From Spirochaetota bacterium (GTDB lineage Bacteria > Spirochaetota > UBA4802 > UBA5550): a DNA stretch of 64,000 bases. Each line of letters starts with the position of its first letter. The stretch's first letter is position 1. Positions 8,425-20,724 of the stretch are shown here, piece by piece. The translations under genes and the position numbers were made by a program. A model generated the notes under the pieces. It saw only the letters and a list, made by a program, of their open reading frames with translations. It did not search any database and was not told the DNA's origin. The stretch is from positions 3,014-67,013 of the forward strand of contig JBGTBN010000149.1 in the NCBI GenBank assembly GCA_041749375.1, in the 5' to 3' direction.

Positions 8425-9717
8425 TCACTTGCGCCCGCCGTAAAGATGTGAGTTGGTGATCGTGCCGGTGATCGCCGAGGCCGCCGCTGTCGCAGGGCTC
8501 ATGAGATGGACCATTCCGCCCTCACCCATGCGTCCCCTGAAATTGCGGTTCGTCGTCGAAGCGCAGGTCTCTCCGGGAGCCAGTACGCCGTTGCTCATGC
8601 CCAGGCAGGCCCCGCAGGTCGGGTTGGTCACGCAAAAACCCGCTTCCATGAAGATGTCAATTATACCTTCCTGCAGCGCCTGCCGGTACACCCCCGGGGT
8701 GGCGGGTGATACGACGCCGCGCACCGTGGGGCTAACCTGTTTCCCCTTTAAAACCTCGGCAGCTACCCGGAGGTCTTCGATCCGTCCGTTGGTGCAGGAC
8801 CCGATATACACCTGGTCGATCGGCGTTCCCTCCATCTCCCTGACAGGTTTGACCTGGTCAGGCTTAAAGCCGACCGTAACCAGCGGCTCCATTTCCGAGA
8901 CGTCGATGCGCAGCTCTTTTTCGTAGACTGCGTCCTGGTCCGAAATCCATTTTGAATATTCCCCGAGGGCCGAGGTACGGTCCCTGAATTCGCTCTTTAT
9001 GAATTCCCACAGGTACTCCACCGTGACCATGTCCGGGTAGCATATCCCGCTTGTCGCTCCTGCCTCTACCGACATGTTGCACAGGGTCATACGCGACTCC
9101 ATGCTCATTGCCGCAATGACTGGTCCGGTGAACTCAATCACCATGTTCGTCGCGCCGTTGACGCCGATATTCGCTATTATCGAGAGAATGACGTCCTTGG
9201 CGAACACTCCGTGCGGCATTTCCCCGGTAACGGTCACGCGCATCGTCCGCGGCGCGTTGAAAGCGCACACGCCCTTGAGTATGGCCACCTCGAGGTCCGT
9301 TGAGCCAACGCCGGCAGCGAATGCGCCGAACGCCCCGTGCGTGCAGGTGTGGGAGTCCCCCATGATGACAGTGTAGCCCGGCCGTACGAAACCCATTTCC
9401 GGGAAAAGCGCATGGCACACGCCGTTCCTTCCGATATCGAAGAAATCCTTTATCCCGTGACGCCGCGCCCAGTCGCGCAGTATCTTGCCCTGCTCCGCAG
9501 TCTTGGAATCCTTAGCCGGAGTAACATGGTCGATCACTGCCTTGATTTTACCCGGGTCGAAAACACGGTCCTTACCTTTTTCGATCAGGTCATTTATGAC
9601 GATAGGGGTCGTTATCTCGTGGCAGAAGACGGCGTCCAGGGACAAAACATGAATTTGGTTATCGATCGTATCTATTCTGTGGGCATTGAATATTTTTTCC
9701 GATATGGTATATCCCAT
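8425..9717 (-). CDS. leuC: 3-isopropylmalate/homoaconitate-type dehydratase large subunit
   Basis: Aconitase-family motifs MGDSHTCTHGAFGAFA, GSCTNGR and CGACLG; 430 aa short-type LeuC. Confidence 0.9.
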   Translation of the reverse strand: MGYTISEKIFNAHRIDTIDNQIHVLSLDAVFCHEITTPIVINDLIEKGKDRVFDPGKIKAVIDHVTPAKDSKTAEQGKILRDWARRHGIKDFFDIGRNGVCHALFPEMGFVRPGYTVIMGDSHTCTHGAFGAFAAGVGSTDLEVAILKGVCAFNAPRTMRVTVTGEMPHGVFAKDVILSIIANIGVNGATNMVIEFTGPVIAAMSMESRMTLCNMSVEAGATSGICYPDMVTVEYLWEFIKSEFRDRTSALGEYSKWISDQDAVYEKELRIDVSEMEPLVTVGFKPDQVKPVREMEGTPIDQVYIGSCTNGRIEDLRVAAEVLKGKQVSPTVRGVVSPATPGVYRQALQEGIIDIFMEAGFCVTNPTCGACLGMSNGVLAPGETCASTTNRNFRGRMGEGGMVHLMSPATAAASAITGTITNSHLYGGRK

Positions 9718-9720
9718 CTA

Positions 9721-12215
<2,495 letters not shown>

Positions 12216-12219
<4 letters not shown>

Positions 12220-13271
12220 TGAACCTCATACTGATGCAGGGTCTTCCGTATATAGTCGGCGCGATACTCATCGCATTCGTTGGTGCTCTTGAACAGGAGA
12301 TTATAACATCTCTGTAAATGGGCCCATTGTATGTTGACCATCAGGTCATTGACTATCTTGACGTCCATGTTTTTCAATACCGCCATGATGATCCCGAGCC
12401 GGATGTTTGAAATATGGTCCATCGATTCGATATAGGTCAGCCGCCGGGCGTGGAGGAGGATCCCGAGCGAGCGCCAGATACGGTCCTCTATCTCGAGACG
12501 TGAGAGGGAAAAGAACTCGTCCCGGAGCGCGTCCTCTGCCGCCATGATCCTTGCGAGGACCTCGTCCACGGTCTCAATAATATCGACTTCCGAAAGGCCG
12601 AGCGACACCCGGTTCGAAAGCTGGTAGAGACTGCCCAGGGTCTTGCTTGAAGCGCCGATCGTACCCTTGATCTCCACGAGGTGCTTTTTTCCCTCAGGGA
12701 TGAGCTCGCTCATCCTGTTTTTCATGGTTATGACAGGCAGGTGCACCAATACTGAAATGCGAAGCGCCGTGCCCAGGTTGGAGGCGCATGACGTCAGGTA
12801 TCCCAGCTCCTCTGAAAAAGCGTACGGGACGAAACGGTTCAGCTCCGTGTCTACCCTGTCCGCGGTACGATATGCCTCCATGAATTGAAGACCGGGCCGG
12901 ATCACCTGGATGCGGAAGTGGTCTTCCTCGTTTACAAGTATGGTAAAATCTTCGACAGTATCGATCGCCACCAGGCTGTTGTCGGAAACCTCGATCTCGT
13001 AGGTTATGACATTGCGCTCCCTGAGGAACCTTTTTTCGCCGCTGTCGATCTCGCGCAGGTCCATGACGGTGATATGGTCGCGGTAAGCCGACTCCTGCGC
13101 AAAACGATATATTGCATCGCTGACCGGATGCGATTCATCGACGAGCATGCGGTTAGGGAACGGCACGGATTGCATGTTCCGGGCCAGGCGCGCACGGGTC
13201 GAAATCACTATATGGCTGAAGGGCCCGCATGACGTCCAGAAGCCCGACTGTTGCAACACTTCCTCAAACAC
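12216..13271 (-). CDS. mcsB: protein arginine kinase McsB
   Basis: Guanido-kinase motifs NEEDHFRIQ and CASNLGTALR; 351 aa. Confidence 0.9.
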
Positions 13272-13804
13272 TAAGCACTCCCCTTTTCGCGTTCCATTTC
13301 ATTGATCCTGTCCCTCAGCTGCGCGGCATCCTCGTACCGCTCTGCATAAACCGCGCGACCGAGCTGGTTCCTCAATTCATCGATAGATTTTTTTACCGTT
13401 ACGATCCTGGGTGTGCGTGCATGCGCCTCTACGGTGATGCTGCCCGGTGCGGAGGGCTGTTTGCCGACATGTCTGGTCGCGCCGTGATATCCTGCTATCA
13501 CGGATTTCAACGAATCATCGAGGTGCAGGTAACAGTCCGGACAGCCCAGCCTGTTTTCCCTGCCATAGTCCATGAATGAGAGCCCGCAGGACTTGCACAC
13601 CGACCCGGCCGAAATTTCATCTATTTCGCTGACATCAAGAAACGAGAGCATCTCGGGAATCGACAGAGAAAAGTTAGAGAGCTTCGAATTGAGGCCGATC
13701 TCACGGGCACACGACTCGCATAGATGGACCTCTGACTTCACGTCTTTGATTATCTCGGTCAGGTGTATCGTAGCTTCTATGTTCTTGCATCGTTCACAAA
13801 GCAT
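13271..13804 (-). CDS. mcsA: McsA-like activator (CxxC zinc fingers plus UVR domain)
   Basis: CERC...CESC...CKSC...CPDC cysteine pairs and a C-terminal UVR motif (YEDAAQLRDRINEME). Overlaps the mcsB start by 1 nt. Confidence 0.85.
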   Translation of the reverse strand: MLCERCKNIEATIHLTEIIKDVKSEVHLCESCAREIGLNSKLSNFSLSIPEMLSFLDVSEIDEISAGSVCKSCGLSFMDYGRENRLGCPDCYLHLDDSLKSVIAGYHGATRHVGKQPSAPGSITVEAHARTPRIVTVKKSIDELRNQLGRAVYAERYEDAAQLRDRINEMEREKGSA

Positions 13805-13817
13805 TGTATTCTAACCC

Positions 13818-13845
13818 ATTTTACCATGAAAAAACATTCTGTTCA
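13818..13845 (-). promoter_or_regulatory. candidate sigma70-type promoter for mcsA-mcsB-clpC
   Basis: The reverse strand reads TGAACA-N16-(TGg)TAAAAT, an extended -10, about 15 nt upstream of the mcsA ATG. Confidence 0.25.
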
Positions 13846-13998
13846 TACTTCAATATACATAATTAATGATAATATATTTATCAATAATTATTTAGCAGTA
13901 TGATTTTAACAGAATTGTAATCAACTCATCATTATACACGATTACGCAATAATATATACCGCGTTATCCCATGTAAATAAAAAAATGTCATTTATATA

Positions 13999-14044
13999 AT
14001 ATTGTATATTTTCCATTAAATGTCCTTTTTAAAATATACAATAT
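13999..14044. repeat. 14-bp perfect inverted repeat with an 18-nt spacer
   Basis: atattgtatatttt (13999-14012) and aaaatatacaatat (14031-14044), in the divergent AT-rich intergenic region. Confidence 0.7.
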
Positions 14045-14350
14045 ATTATGTTATGTACATTTATATATTTATAACAATTTTTTAAACACTATTTCAGCTC
14101 AATTAATTATCGGCATAATCTGTATCTCAATAACCTGAATACTGATTCATTCATGGCACTGCCTGATATTATATTTGCTATACAGACAAGGCAGACGCTT
14201 GCATCAACAATTTCATCTGTGATCGGTGAACGGTTAGATTTTTCCCACCATGTTTCCTGATCCGTATAACTCTAATGCATCGAGATCAATGATAATGCTT
14301 TCTGTCCATAATCTTGTTGACGCATACCATGAATAATACAAGTATTAACC

Positions 14351-15568
14351 ATGTTTTTCAGAAGAAAGAAAGTACAGCAGGTCAATTATTTCGTATCCAT
14401 CGGGGCCGGGTTGAACCAGATCCCGCTGATATCAGAGGCAAAAAAACTTGGCCTCAATGTAATCGGCGTCGATGCCAACGCGTCCGCCCCAGGATTTTAT
14501 CACTGTGACCTGAAAATCCAGGAATCGATTGAAAATTTTGACGTGATCTACAAGAAGCTTCTCGAGCTCCTGGTCGACGGCGACATACACGGCATCATGA
14601 CCAAGTCGTACGGCACTGCCATCATGACGACAAGCTATCTAGCGGAGAAATTTAATATACCGTTTCTGCCTTACGGTTCAAGCGTTGGTTTCATCAATAA
14701 AAGAAAAATGAAATCCATTTTCATGGAACATAACATACTCACCCCGCAAGCGATTCCCCTTACATCGCGAACCAGGCCTGAAAAAATATCCGCCGGCAGT
14801 TATCCTATTGTCATCAAGCCCAATATCGGGCACGCCAAGGTGGACGTACTTCTCGCCAGCAACGCGACCGAGCTGCAGCAATTCTGCTCTGCGCACGACC
14901 GTTTTTACGACGAATTCATACTGGAGAAATTCGTCAAGGGCGATGAAATCATCACTGCCGGTATCGTTCATGACGGTCGGTTCCACCTGGTCGAGATCAC
15001 TGATAAAAAAACCTCCTATCCCCCCTATTTCATAGACCTGATGCATATCTCGCCTTCAAAATACGCGTACCTGTCAAAAACGATCGAGGATATCGGCCAG
15101 ACGGTGTCGGAATCGTACGGGATCCTGAGATCACCCCTTATCATGGAGTTCGTCATTAACGAAGACGGTGAGCCGTTCCTGATCGAGGCGGTACCCGAAT
15201 TCGGGGGTGAATTCCTGCCGGACGTGCTGATCCCCGCCAGCGCCCAGTACAATTTCCTCCAGGAGGCCATCAAGTCGGCTACCTCGCGTGGTTTCCGACC
15301 GCCCCAGGCCCGAAAAAATAAAAATGCCGTTATCGTACGATATGTAACCGGCCAGAAAGGAGTGCTCGCTTCCTGCAATCCCGATGGACCCGGCCAGATT
15401 AAAGGCACGATTTTTTCCCGTGTACTCAAGGATATCGGCTCACCCATCAATGATCCGGTCAACAACCATGACCGTGTCGCGGTCGTCGCGGTGACTGCGC
15501 CCACGGTTGACGAGGCGATCTCGCTCTCCGAGCAAGCGGCGGCAAATTTTAACATGAGGATCAAGTGA
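14351..15568 (+). CDS. ATP-grasp domain protein (L-amino-acid-ligase size class)
   Basis: Pre-ATP-grasp N-terminal domain (GAGLNQIPLISEAKKLGLNVIGVD), then YPIVIKPNIGHAKVDV and LIMEFVINEDGEPFLIEAVPEFGG. No obvious SD at the start. Confidence 0.75.
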   Translation: MFFRRKKVQQVNYFVSIGAGLNQIPLISEAKKLGLNVIGVDANASAPGFYHCDLKIQESIENFDVIYKKLLELLVDGDIHGIMTKSYGTAIMTTSYLAEKFNIPFLPYGSSVGFINKRKMKSIFMEHNILTPQAIPLTSRTRPEKISAGSYPIVIKPNIGHAKVDVLLASNATELQQFCSAHDRFYDEFILEKFVKGDEIITAGIVHDGRFHLVEITDKKTSYPPYFIDLMHISPSKYAYLSKTIEDIGQTVSESYGILRSPLIMEFVINEDGEPFLIEAVPEFGGEFLPDVLIPASAQYNFLQEAIKSATSRGFRPPQARKNKNAVIVRYVTGQKGVLASCNPDGPGQIKGTIFSRVLKDIGSPINDPVNNHDRVAVVAVTAPTVDEAISLSEQAAANFNMRIK

Positions 15569-15571
15569 CCC

Positions 15572-16207
15572 GTGGATACGGGATCCTGGGACAACCATTA
15601 TACCCGCAGCAAATCCGAGCTCCTGTACCCGGACGAAAACCTTGTGCGACTGCTGAATAAATCCGTCCGGGACCCGGGGCGGATGACCGCGGTTGACCTG
15701 GGGTGCGGCAGCGGCAGGCACCTCAAGCTCCTTTCGGAAATCGGCATATCGCGTATCATAGGGCTGGACTCCAGCCATGGCGCCCTTCTGGTATCGCGTA
15801 AAACCGGCCGGTCGTTGCTGGTCCAGGGCAACAACATGCAGCTTCCCCTGAAAGACGGCTCTGCTGACATCATAATCGCGTGGGGCTCTCTCCATTATAA
15901 CGTCAAATCAGACCTTGCTCCGATGCTCGCTGAGATTTGCAGGATTCTTAAAAAGGACGGGCACATATTTGCAACGCTCCGGTCGTCCAGGGATACCTAT
16001 CTGAAAAAAGGCACCCATCTCGGGAATGACACGTGGATAACGAATCTGCAAGATATCAGCGGTTCAACGGCTTCCTTCTATGACGAGAGCGAGATAATGA
16101 ATGAACTGTCCATATTCAAAGAATATTCCTACGGCCTGATAGAGCGGACCCTTGTAGGCGATATTTCCAGCCTGATATCCCATTGGATAATTCATGCCCG
16201 GAAGTGA
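15572..16207 (+). CDS. class I SAM-dependent methyltransferase
   Basis: Motif I AVDLGCGSGRHLKLL and post-I IIGLDSS; 211 aa. Confidence 0.85.
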   Translation: MDTGSWDNHYTRSKSELLYPDENLVRLLNKSVRDPGRMTAVDLGCGSGRHLKLLSEIGISRIIGLDSSHGALLVSRKTGRSLLVQGNNMQLPLKDGSADIIIAWGSLHYNVKSDLAPMLAEICRILKKDGHIFATLRSSRDTYLKKGTHLGNDTWITNLQDISGSTASFYDESEIMNELSIFKEYSYGLIERTLVGDISSLISHWIIHARK

Positions 16208-16239
16208 TATGCTCCCGGAGCCGGCCTCTCACAGGAACC

Positions 16240-17163
16240 ATGATGCGAAACAATGAGCTATTTGAAGCACCCGCCGCCCGATGTCCCCTATGCACGGGCG
16301 AATCAATCGGGCACCGGTATGAAATCCGCACCTACAATCCGGCTTTTATTATCGACCGTTGTGTATCCTGCGGATTCATGTTCATGAACCCGCGCCTGCG
16401 CGACGAGGCGATCAACGACCTGTACGTCGAAGAGTATTATTCCGGCGGGGCCGAATATTCTTATCATGACGAGCGCACTACTGAACCTTATTCAATGGAG
16501 GTTTGGAACAGGCGCATCGATCGGCTGCACGAGATCGTCCCGTCAGGCAACTTTCTTGATGTAGGTTCTTCATTCGGCGGTCTGATGAAAGCGGCCTCCC
16601 GCCATTACGTGCCGCACGGTATTGAGCTGTCGCCCTATGCGGGCGGATACGCGAAAGAGCTGTTCGGCGACAGGGTGCATATCGGGACGCTGGCCGATCA
16701 TCCTTTCCCAGAAAGACATTTCTCCGTGATAACAATGGTCGAGCTCCTGGAGCACCTTCCCGACCCGGCGGCAGCCCTCAAGGAGTGCTATCGCCTGCTC
16801 GACGGCAACGGTCTTCTGATGGTGCAGACGGCCAACATGGATGGGCTCCAGGCGCGGTTTTACGGCGACCGGTACGCCAATTTCATGCCCGGACACCTGT
16901 CCTATTTTACACGCAGAAACCTTGTCATGACCCTCAAGTGCTGCGGTTTTGACGCCATAACCGTCTTTTATCCGGTGGAATTCGGGCTACTCCCCAAGCT
17001 GAGAAAATCGCGGGGCAGCTTTTCAACGTTATGGGATTACCGGGCATGGGCCCGTATCGCGGCATATCACTGGCTCAGCAAAATCCATTACCGTGATTTC
17101 GCATTCACCAGCTCCATGGTCGTGTATGCCCGCAAAAAGCTCCCGACGACCCGCGCGGTTTAA
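16240..17163 (+). CDS. class I SAM-dependent methyltransferase with N-terminal zinc ribbon
   Basis: CPLCTGES...CVSCGF, then motif I FLDVGSSFGGLMK. The track ORF starts at 16183, but ATG 16240 avoids overlap with the previous gene. Confidence 0.8.
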   Translation: MMRNNELFEAPAARCPLCTGESIGHRYEIRTYNPAFIIDRCVSCGFMFMNPRLRDEAINDLYVEEYYSGGAEYSYHDERTTEPYSMEVWNRRIDRLHEIVPSGNFLDVGSSFGGLMKAASRHYVPHGIELSPYAGGYAKELFGDRVHIGTLADHPFPERHFSVITMVELLEHLPDPAAALKECYRLLDGNGLLMVQTANMDGLQARFYGDRYANFMPGHLSYFTRRNLVMTLKCCGFDAITVFYPVEFGLLPKLRKSRGSFSTLWDYRAWARIAAYHWLSKIHYRDFAFTSSMVVYARKKLPTTRAV

Positions 17164-17234
17164 AACCGGCAAAATGCTTGACCCCTTTCCATATCTGTTT
17201 TTTTATACCAAAACCGAAACAGGAATAATCCCCG

Positions 17235-19265
17235 ATGAATTTGATTCGAACAATTATAAAACCACGGTATGCTTCTATCGTGCCACTGCTCATCCTCCAC
17301 GCCGCGCTCATTATTTTCCTGAGCGGAATCTACCGCGTCCGAGTGTATGCACTTATCGCCGAGATCTACCCAGACCTCAGGCTGACCGGCTTTTTCGAGT
17401 ACTTATCGCTGTCGCTGCACCATGACAGCATTTTGATCATCATCGCCATTCTTCTGGTTCTGTTGATCGCGCTGCTGCTCGCAGCTTCCAGGCGCGCTTT
17501 GCATATCCTCCTTTCCGCAGGCTCGATCCTGTTCATCTTTTTCATCCTGTTCAGCATGGATTTTTTCAGGGTGTACCAGACCTCGTTCCAATCAAATTTT
17601 GCAGGCAGGGAGCACTTCTCCGGGCTGAGCAATATCTTCGACTCGGCGCGGGCCGAATTTTCATCGGAATTTTACGCCCTGTTTTTGCTTTTTTCAGCTC
17701 TATCTGCAGGGGCCCACATCTTTCTATATTACCGTGAGAAGGTCATCCACCGGGTAAAGCCGGCCGGATCTTCCCGACTCCGGGCCCGGCTCGGAGCGGT
17801 GTCCATCCCGCTGCTGGTCCTGTTCTTTATGCTGGTGCGGGTGTCTACCAGTGCATCGGCACCTCCCGGGCAATTCGCAGACCGCTACCGGGGCGATCAG
17901 GTATCGCGTAATATTTCCCTCCTGAATGAATTCAGTGCCAACCCGGTCCTTAACCTTTTCGGCGCCGTCCCGGCAGCACACGTTCAACATGAACCGGCGG
18001 GAAACTCCGCATTAACAAAATTCAAATTCGGTCTTGATACCGTATCCCTGGACACGAAACAGAAGCATGAGCGGATACGATCAATCCCGCGTAACAAACG
18101 CTATAACATCATACTCTATTTTTTCGAGTCGACTCCCCGTAAGTATTATGATATGAAGATTAATGAAAGGTATGTCGTTGAAACATGGCACCGTCTTGAA
18201 AAAAACAGCATCAACTTCCTTAACCATTACGCCAATTATCCCCTGTCAGCGAACGCACTCATGTCTGTGCTCACGTCCGCCTACGATCTGAACTCGAAAG
18301 ACATGGTTATCCAGAAATACCCGGACATACCTCTTCGCACCCTCCCGGAGATACTCAAGGAAGAGGGGTACCGCACCTGCCTCATACATACCGGCGGCCT
18401 CGGGTATGCGGGACAGAAACGATTTCTCAAAAACAGGAAGTTTGACCGGATCATCGAATATGATGATCTGGTTTCGACACCGCCCTATAACCGGCAGGTC
18501 GGGTGGGGGGTGGACGAACGGGCCATGATCAAGCCGGCGATCGAATTTATATCCCGAAAGCCCGGCTCCCCCTATTTCATGGTGTTTCTTCCCGTCAATC
18601 CGCATCATCCCTATGCGTACCCGGACAGCTCCTATCGGATTGCGGGCAATTCAGATGACGCTACAGGCAAAAAAAAGACATGGATCAATTACCTGAATTC
18701 TCTGCACTACGCTGATGCGTCCCTCGGGATGCTTGTTGACGAGCTCGAGCGTACGAACTGCCTTGACGATACGCTGTTATTCCTTTTCGCGGATCATGGA
18801 GAGGCCTTTTATCAGCACAAGATGAACTACAATCACCCGCTGTTTCTGTATAACGAGAACGTGCACGTCCCGTTCCTCATCTACAACAGGGAGCTGTTCG
18901 ACGCGCCGGAGTACCATGAGGGAACCACCCGCCACATCGACATACTCCCAACCATACTTGACATCCTGGGAATACCGCAGCGGCCGGAGCAGGAAGGCAT
19001 TTCAGCACTTTCCGAGCATTACGAACAAATGGCCCTGCTCCACACCTCGTGGAAGGACGACTACATGGGCATTGTCGACCGGCAGTGGAAATACATACGC
19101 AGGACCGGAGACGGGATGGAAGAGCTGTATGATCTCGGCAGTGATCCGGATGAGAAAAAAAATATCGCCGCAGAGAACCCCTCGGTGGTGAAGCGATACC
19201 GCGGGTTTATCGATAGGGCCAGGAGCTATAAAAACGCGTATTACAAACGGATACTCGGGAAGTGA
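17235..19265 (+). CDS. LtaS/sulfatase-family transferase with polytopic N-terminal membrane domain
   Basis: About 5 N-terminal TM helices, then an alkaline-phosphatase-superfamily domain (YFFESTPRKYY, LFADHGEAF, NVHVPFLIY). Confidence 0.8.
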   Translation: MNLIRTIIKPRYASIVPLLILHAALIIFLSGIYRVRVYALIAEIYPDLRLTGFFEYLSLSLHHDSILIIIAILLVLLIALLLAASRRALHILLSAGSILFIFFILFSMDFFRVYQTSFQSNFAGREHFSGLSNIFDSARAEFSSEFYALFLLFSALSAGAHIFLYYREKVIHRVKPAGSSRLRARLGAVSIPLLVLFFMLVRVSTSASAPPGQFADRYRGDQVSRNISLLNEFSANPVLNLFGAVPAAHVQHEPAGNSALTKFKFGLDTVSLDTKQKHERIRSIPRNKRYNIILYFFESTPRKYYDMKINERYVVETWHRLEKNSINFLNHYANYPLSANALMSVLTSAYDLNSKDMVIQKYPDIPLRTLPEILKEEGYRTCLIHTGGLGYAGQKRFLKNRKFDRIIEYDDLVSTPPYNRQVGWGVDERAMIKPAIEFISRKPGSPYFMVFLPVNPHHPYAYPDSSYRIAGNSDDATGKKKTWINYLNSLHYADASLGMLVDELERTNCLDDTLLFLFADHGEAFYQHKMNYNHPLFLYNENVHVPFLIYNRELFDAPEYHEGTTRHIDILPTILDILGIPQRPEQEGISALSEHYEQMALLHTSWKDDYMGIVDRQWKYIRRTGDGMEELYDLGSDPDEKKNIAAENPSVVKRYRGFIDRARSYKNAYYKRILGK

Positions 19266-19309
19266 TAGTGCATGGGCCAACGGGCACCCCGCATGATCCT
19301 GCGCCGGTG

Positions 19310-20662
19310 TTACTTCCTGTCCCTGAGGTCCTTGTAATTCTTAACATCTGAGCTTACCTGTATGTATGCAGGGCGTATGATCTTTCCCTGCATGATCTGC
19401 TCGATCCGATGCGCGCACCATCCCACGACCCGCGCCATGGCGAATATCGGGGTGTAGAGCTCGCGCGGTATGCCCAGCATCTCGTAAATGAAGCCCGAGT
19501 AATAATCGACGTTAGCACTCATGATCTTCTTACCGCGCCTGTTCAGCATCTCGGTAGCCAGCTTCTCCACCTTCTCATACAGGAGGAATTCGTCATGCAT
19601 CTCCTTCTTGACGGACAGGTTCCGGGCATATTCGCGGAGAATGATCGCGCGGGGATCGGACAGGGTGTAAACCGCATGGCCGAAACCGTAGATCTTACCG
19701 GACATGTCGCCAACCTTTCTGTCGATTATCCTGTTGAGATAGGCCTTGATCTCGCGATCGCTCTCCCAGTCCTTCACGTTCTTTTTCAGGTCTTTCATCA
19801 TGATCTTCACGGACTCGTTCGCCCCGCCGTGCAGGTGTCCCGACAGGGAAGCAATACCCGCGCCTATTGCCATGTAGGTATTTGCACCGCTTGACGATAC
19901 CGATCGCACGGAAAAGGTGGAGTTGTTACCTCCTCCGTGCTCGGCGTGGAGGATCAGCGCAATATCAAAGAGGTGCGCCTCTTCCGGGTCCGGGATAACA
20001 CCGTGGAGCAGATAGAGGAAATTCTCCGCCGTGGAAAGCTCCGGCCTCGGGCGAAGTATCCTGAGATCAAAACCCTTGCTGTAGCGCAGTACGTTATAAT
20101 TTGCGGCCACGATAGTCGGGAACTTGGCAATGAGATTGATGCTCTGGCGGCATACCACGGCGATAGCCGTTGAATCAGCTTCCTCGTCGCACCGGCTCAG
20201 ATGCGAGATAACGCTGTGGAGCGCATACATCTGGTTGTCATTCTGGACCTCTCCCATAATGATCTGCCGCTCTACCTTGGAGAGAGCCCTCCTCTTTCCA
20301 AGTTCCTTGACGAATTTTCGCATGTCAGCAGACTTCGGCAGCTCGCCGGCCAGAAGCAGGTACGCAACTTCCTCGAAGCCGAAGCGTTTTTGCTGCTCAA
20401 CGGCCGCCACGATCTGTTCCACGTCATATCCGCAGTAATAGAGCTTGCCGGGTATCGGCCTGACCTCGTATGCCTTTTTCGCCGGGTCTTTTAATTCTTT
20501 CTGGTAGCCGTCGACCCGTCCCTTCGTGGTAATGCCGACAACGACGCCGGTTCCGTCCGGGTTTCTCAGGCCCAGCTTTACGTCCCTCTCCCTGATGATG
20601 GCCGGGGTCAGGTAGTCATTCAGGATGGTCTGTTTTTCGAGTTTCTTAATGATGCTATCCAT
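19310..20662 (-). CDS. citrate synthase family protein
   Basis: GFGHAVYTLSDPRA and HAEHGGGNNSTF motifs; 450 aa. Confidence 0.9.
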   Translation of the reverse strand: MDSIIKKLEKQTILNDYLTPAIIRERDVKLGLRNPDGTGVVVGITTKGRVDGYQKELKDPAKKAYEVRPIPGKLYYCGYDVEQIVAAVEQQKRFGFEEVAYLLLAGELPKSADMRKFVKELGKRRALSKVERQIIMGEVQNDNQMYALHSVISHLSRCDEEADSTAIAVVCRQSINLIAKFPTIVAANYNVLRYSKGFDLRILRPRPELSTAENFLYLLHGVIPDPEEAHLFDIALILHAEHGGGNNSTFSVRSVSSSGANTYMAIGAGIASLSGHLHGGANESVKIMMKDLKKNVKDWESDREIKAYLNRIIDRKVGDMSGKIYGFGHAVYTLSDPRAIILREYARNLSVKKEMHDEFLLYEKVEKLATEMLNRRGKKIMSANVDYYSGFIYEMLGIPRELYTPIFAMARVVGWCAHRIEQIMQGKIIRPAYIQVSSDVKNYKDLRDRK

Positions 20663-20724
20663 GGGCGTGCTCCTTCCATCCGCTGCTATCAGCTAAGAAA
20701 AGGAAGGGATATGTGTCAACTTTT

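Noticed and set aside
7899-9717. leuCD pair without adjacent leuA/leuB as a possible anomaly
   Set aside because: Dispersed leu genes and homoaconitase or citramalate-pathway isozymes are common, so nothing in the sequence marks this as unusual.
13826-14260. Small ORFs (25 aa at 13826-13903, 35 aa at 14153-14260, and 14314-14508) as possible graspetide precursor peptides for the ATP-grasp enzyme
   Set aside because: They have no SD sequences and no Thr/Ser plus Asp/Glu-rich core typical of omega-ester peptides. At 405 aa the ATP-grasp protein fits L-amino-acid ligases better than microviridin-type ligases.
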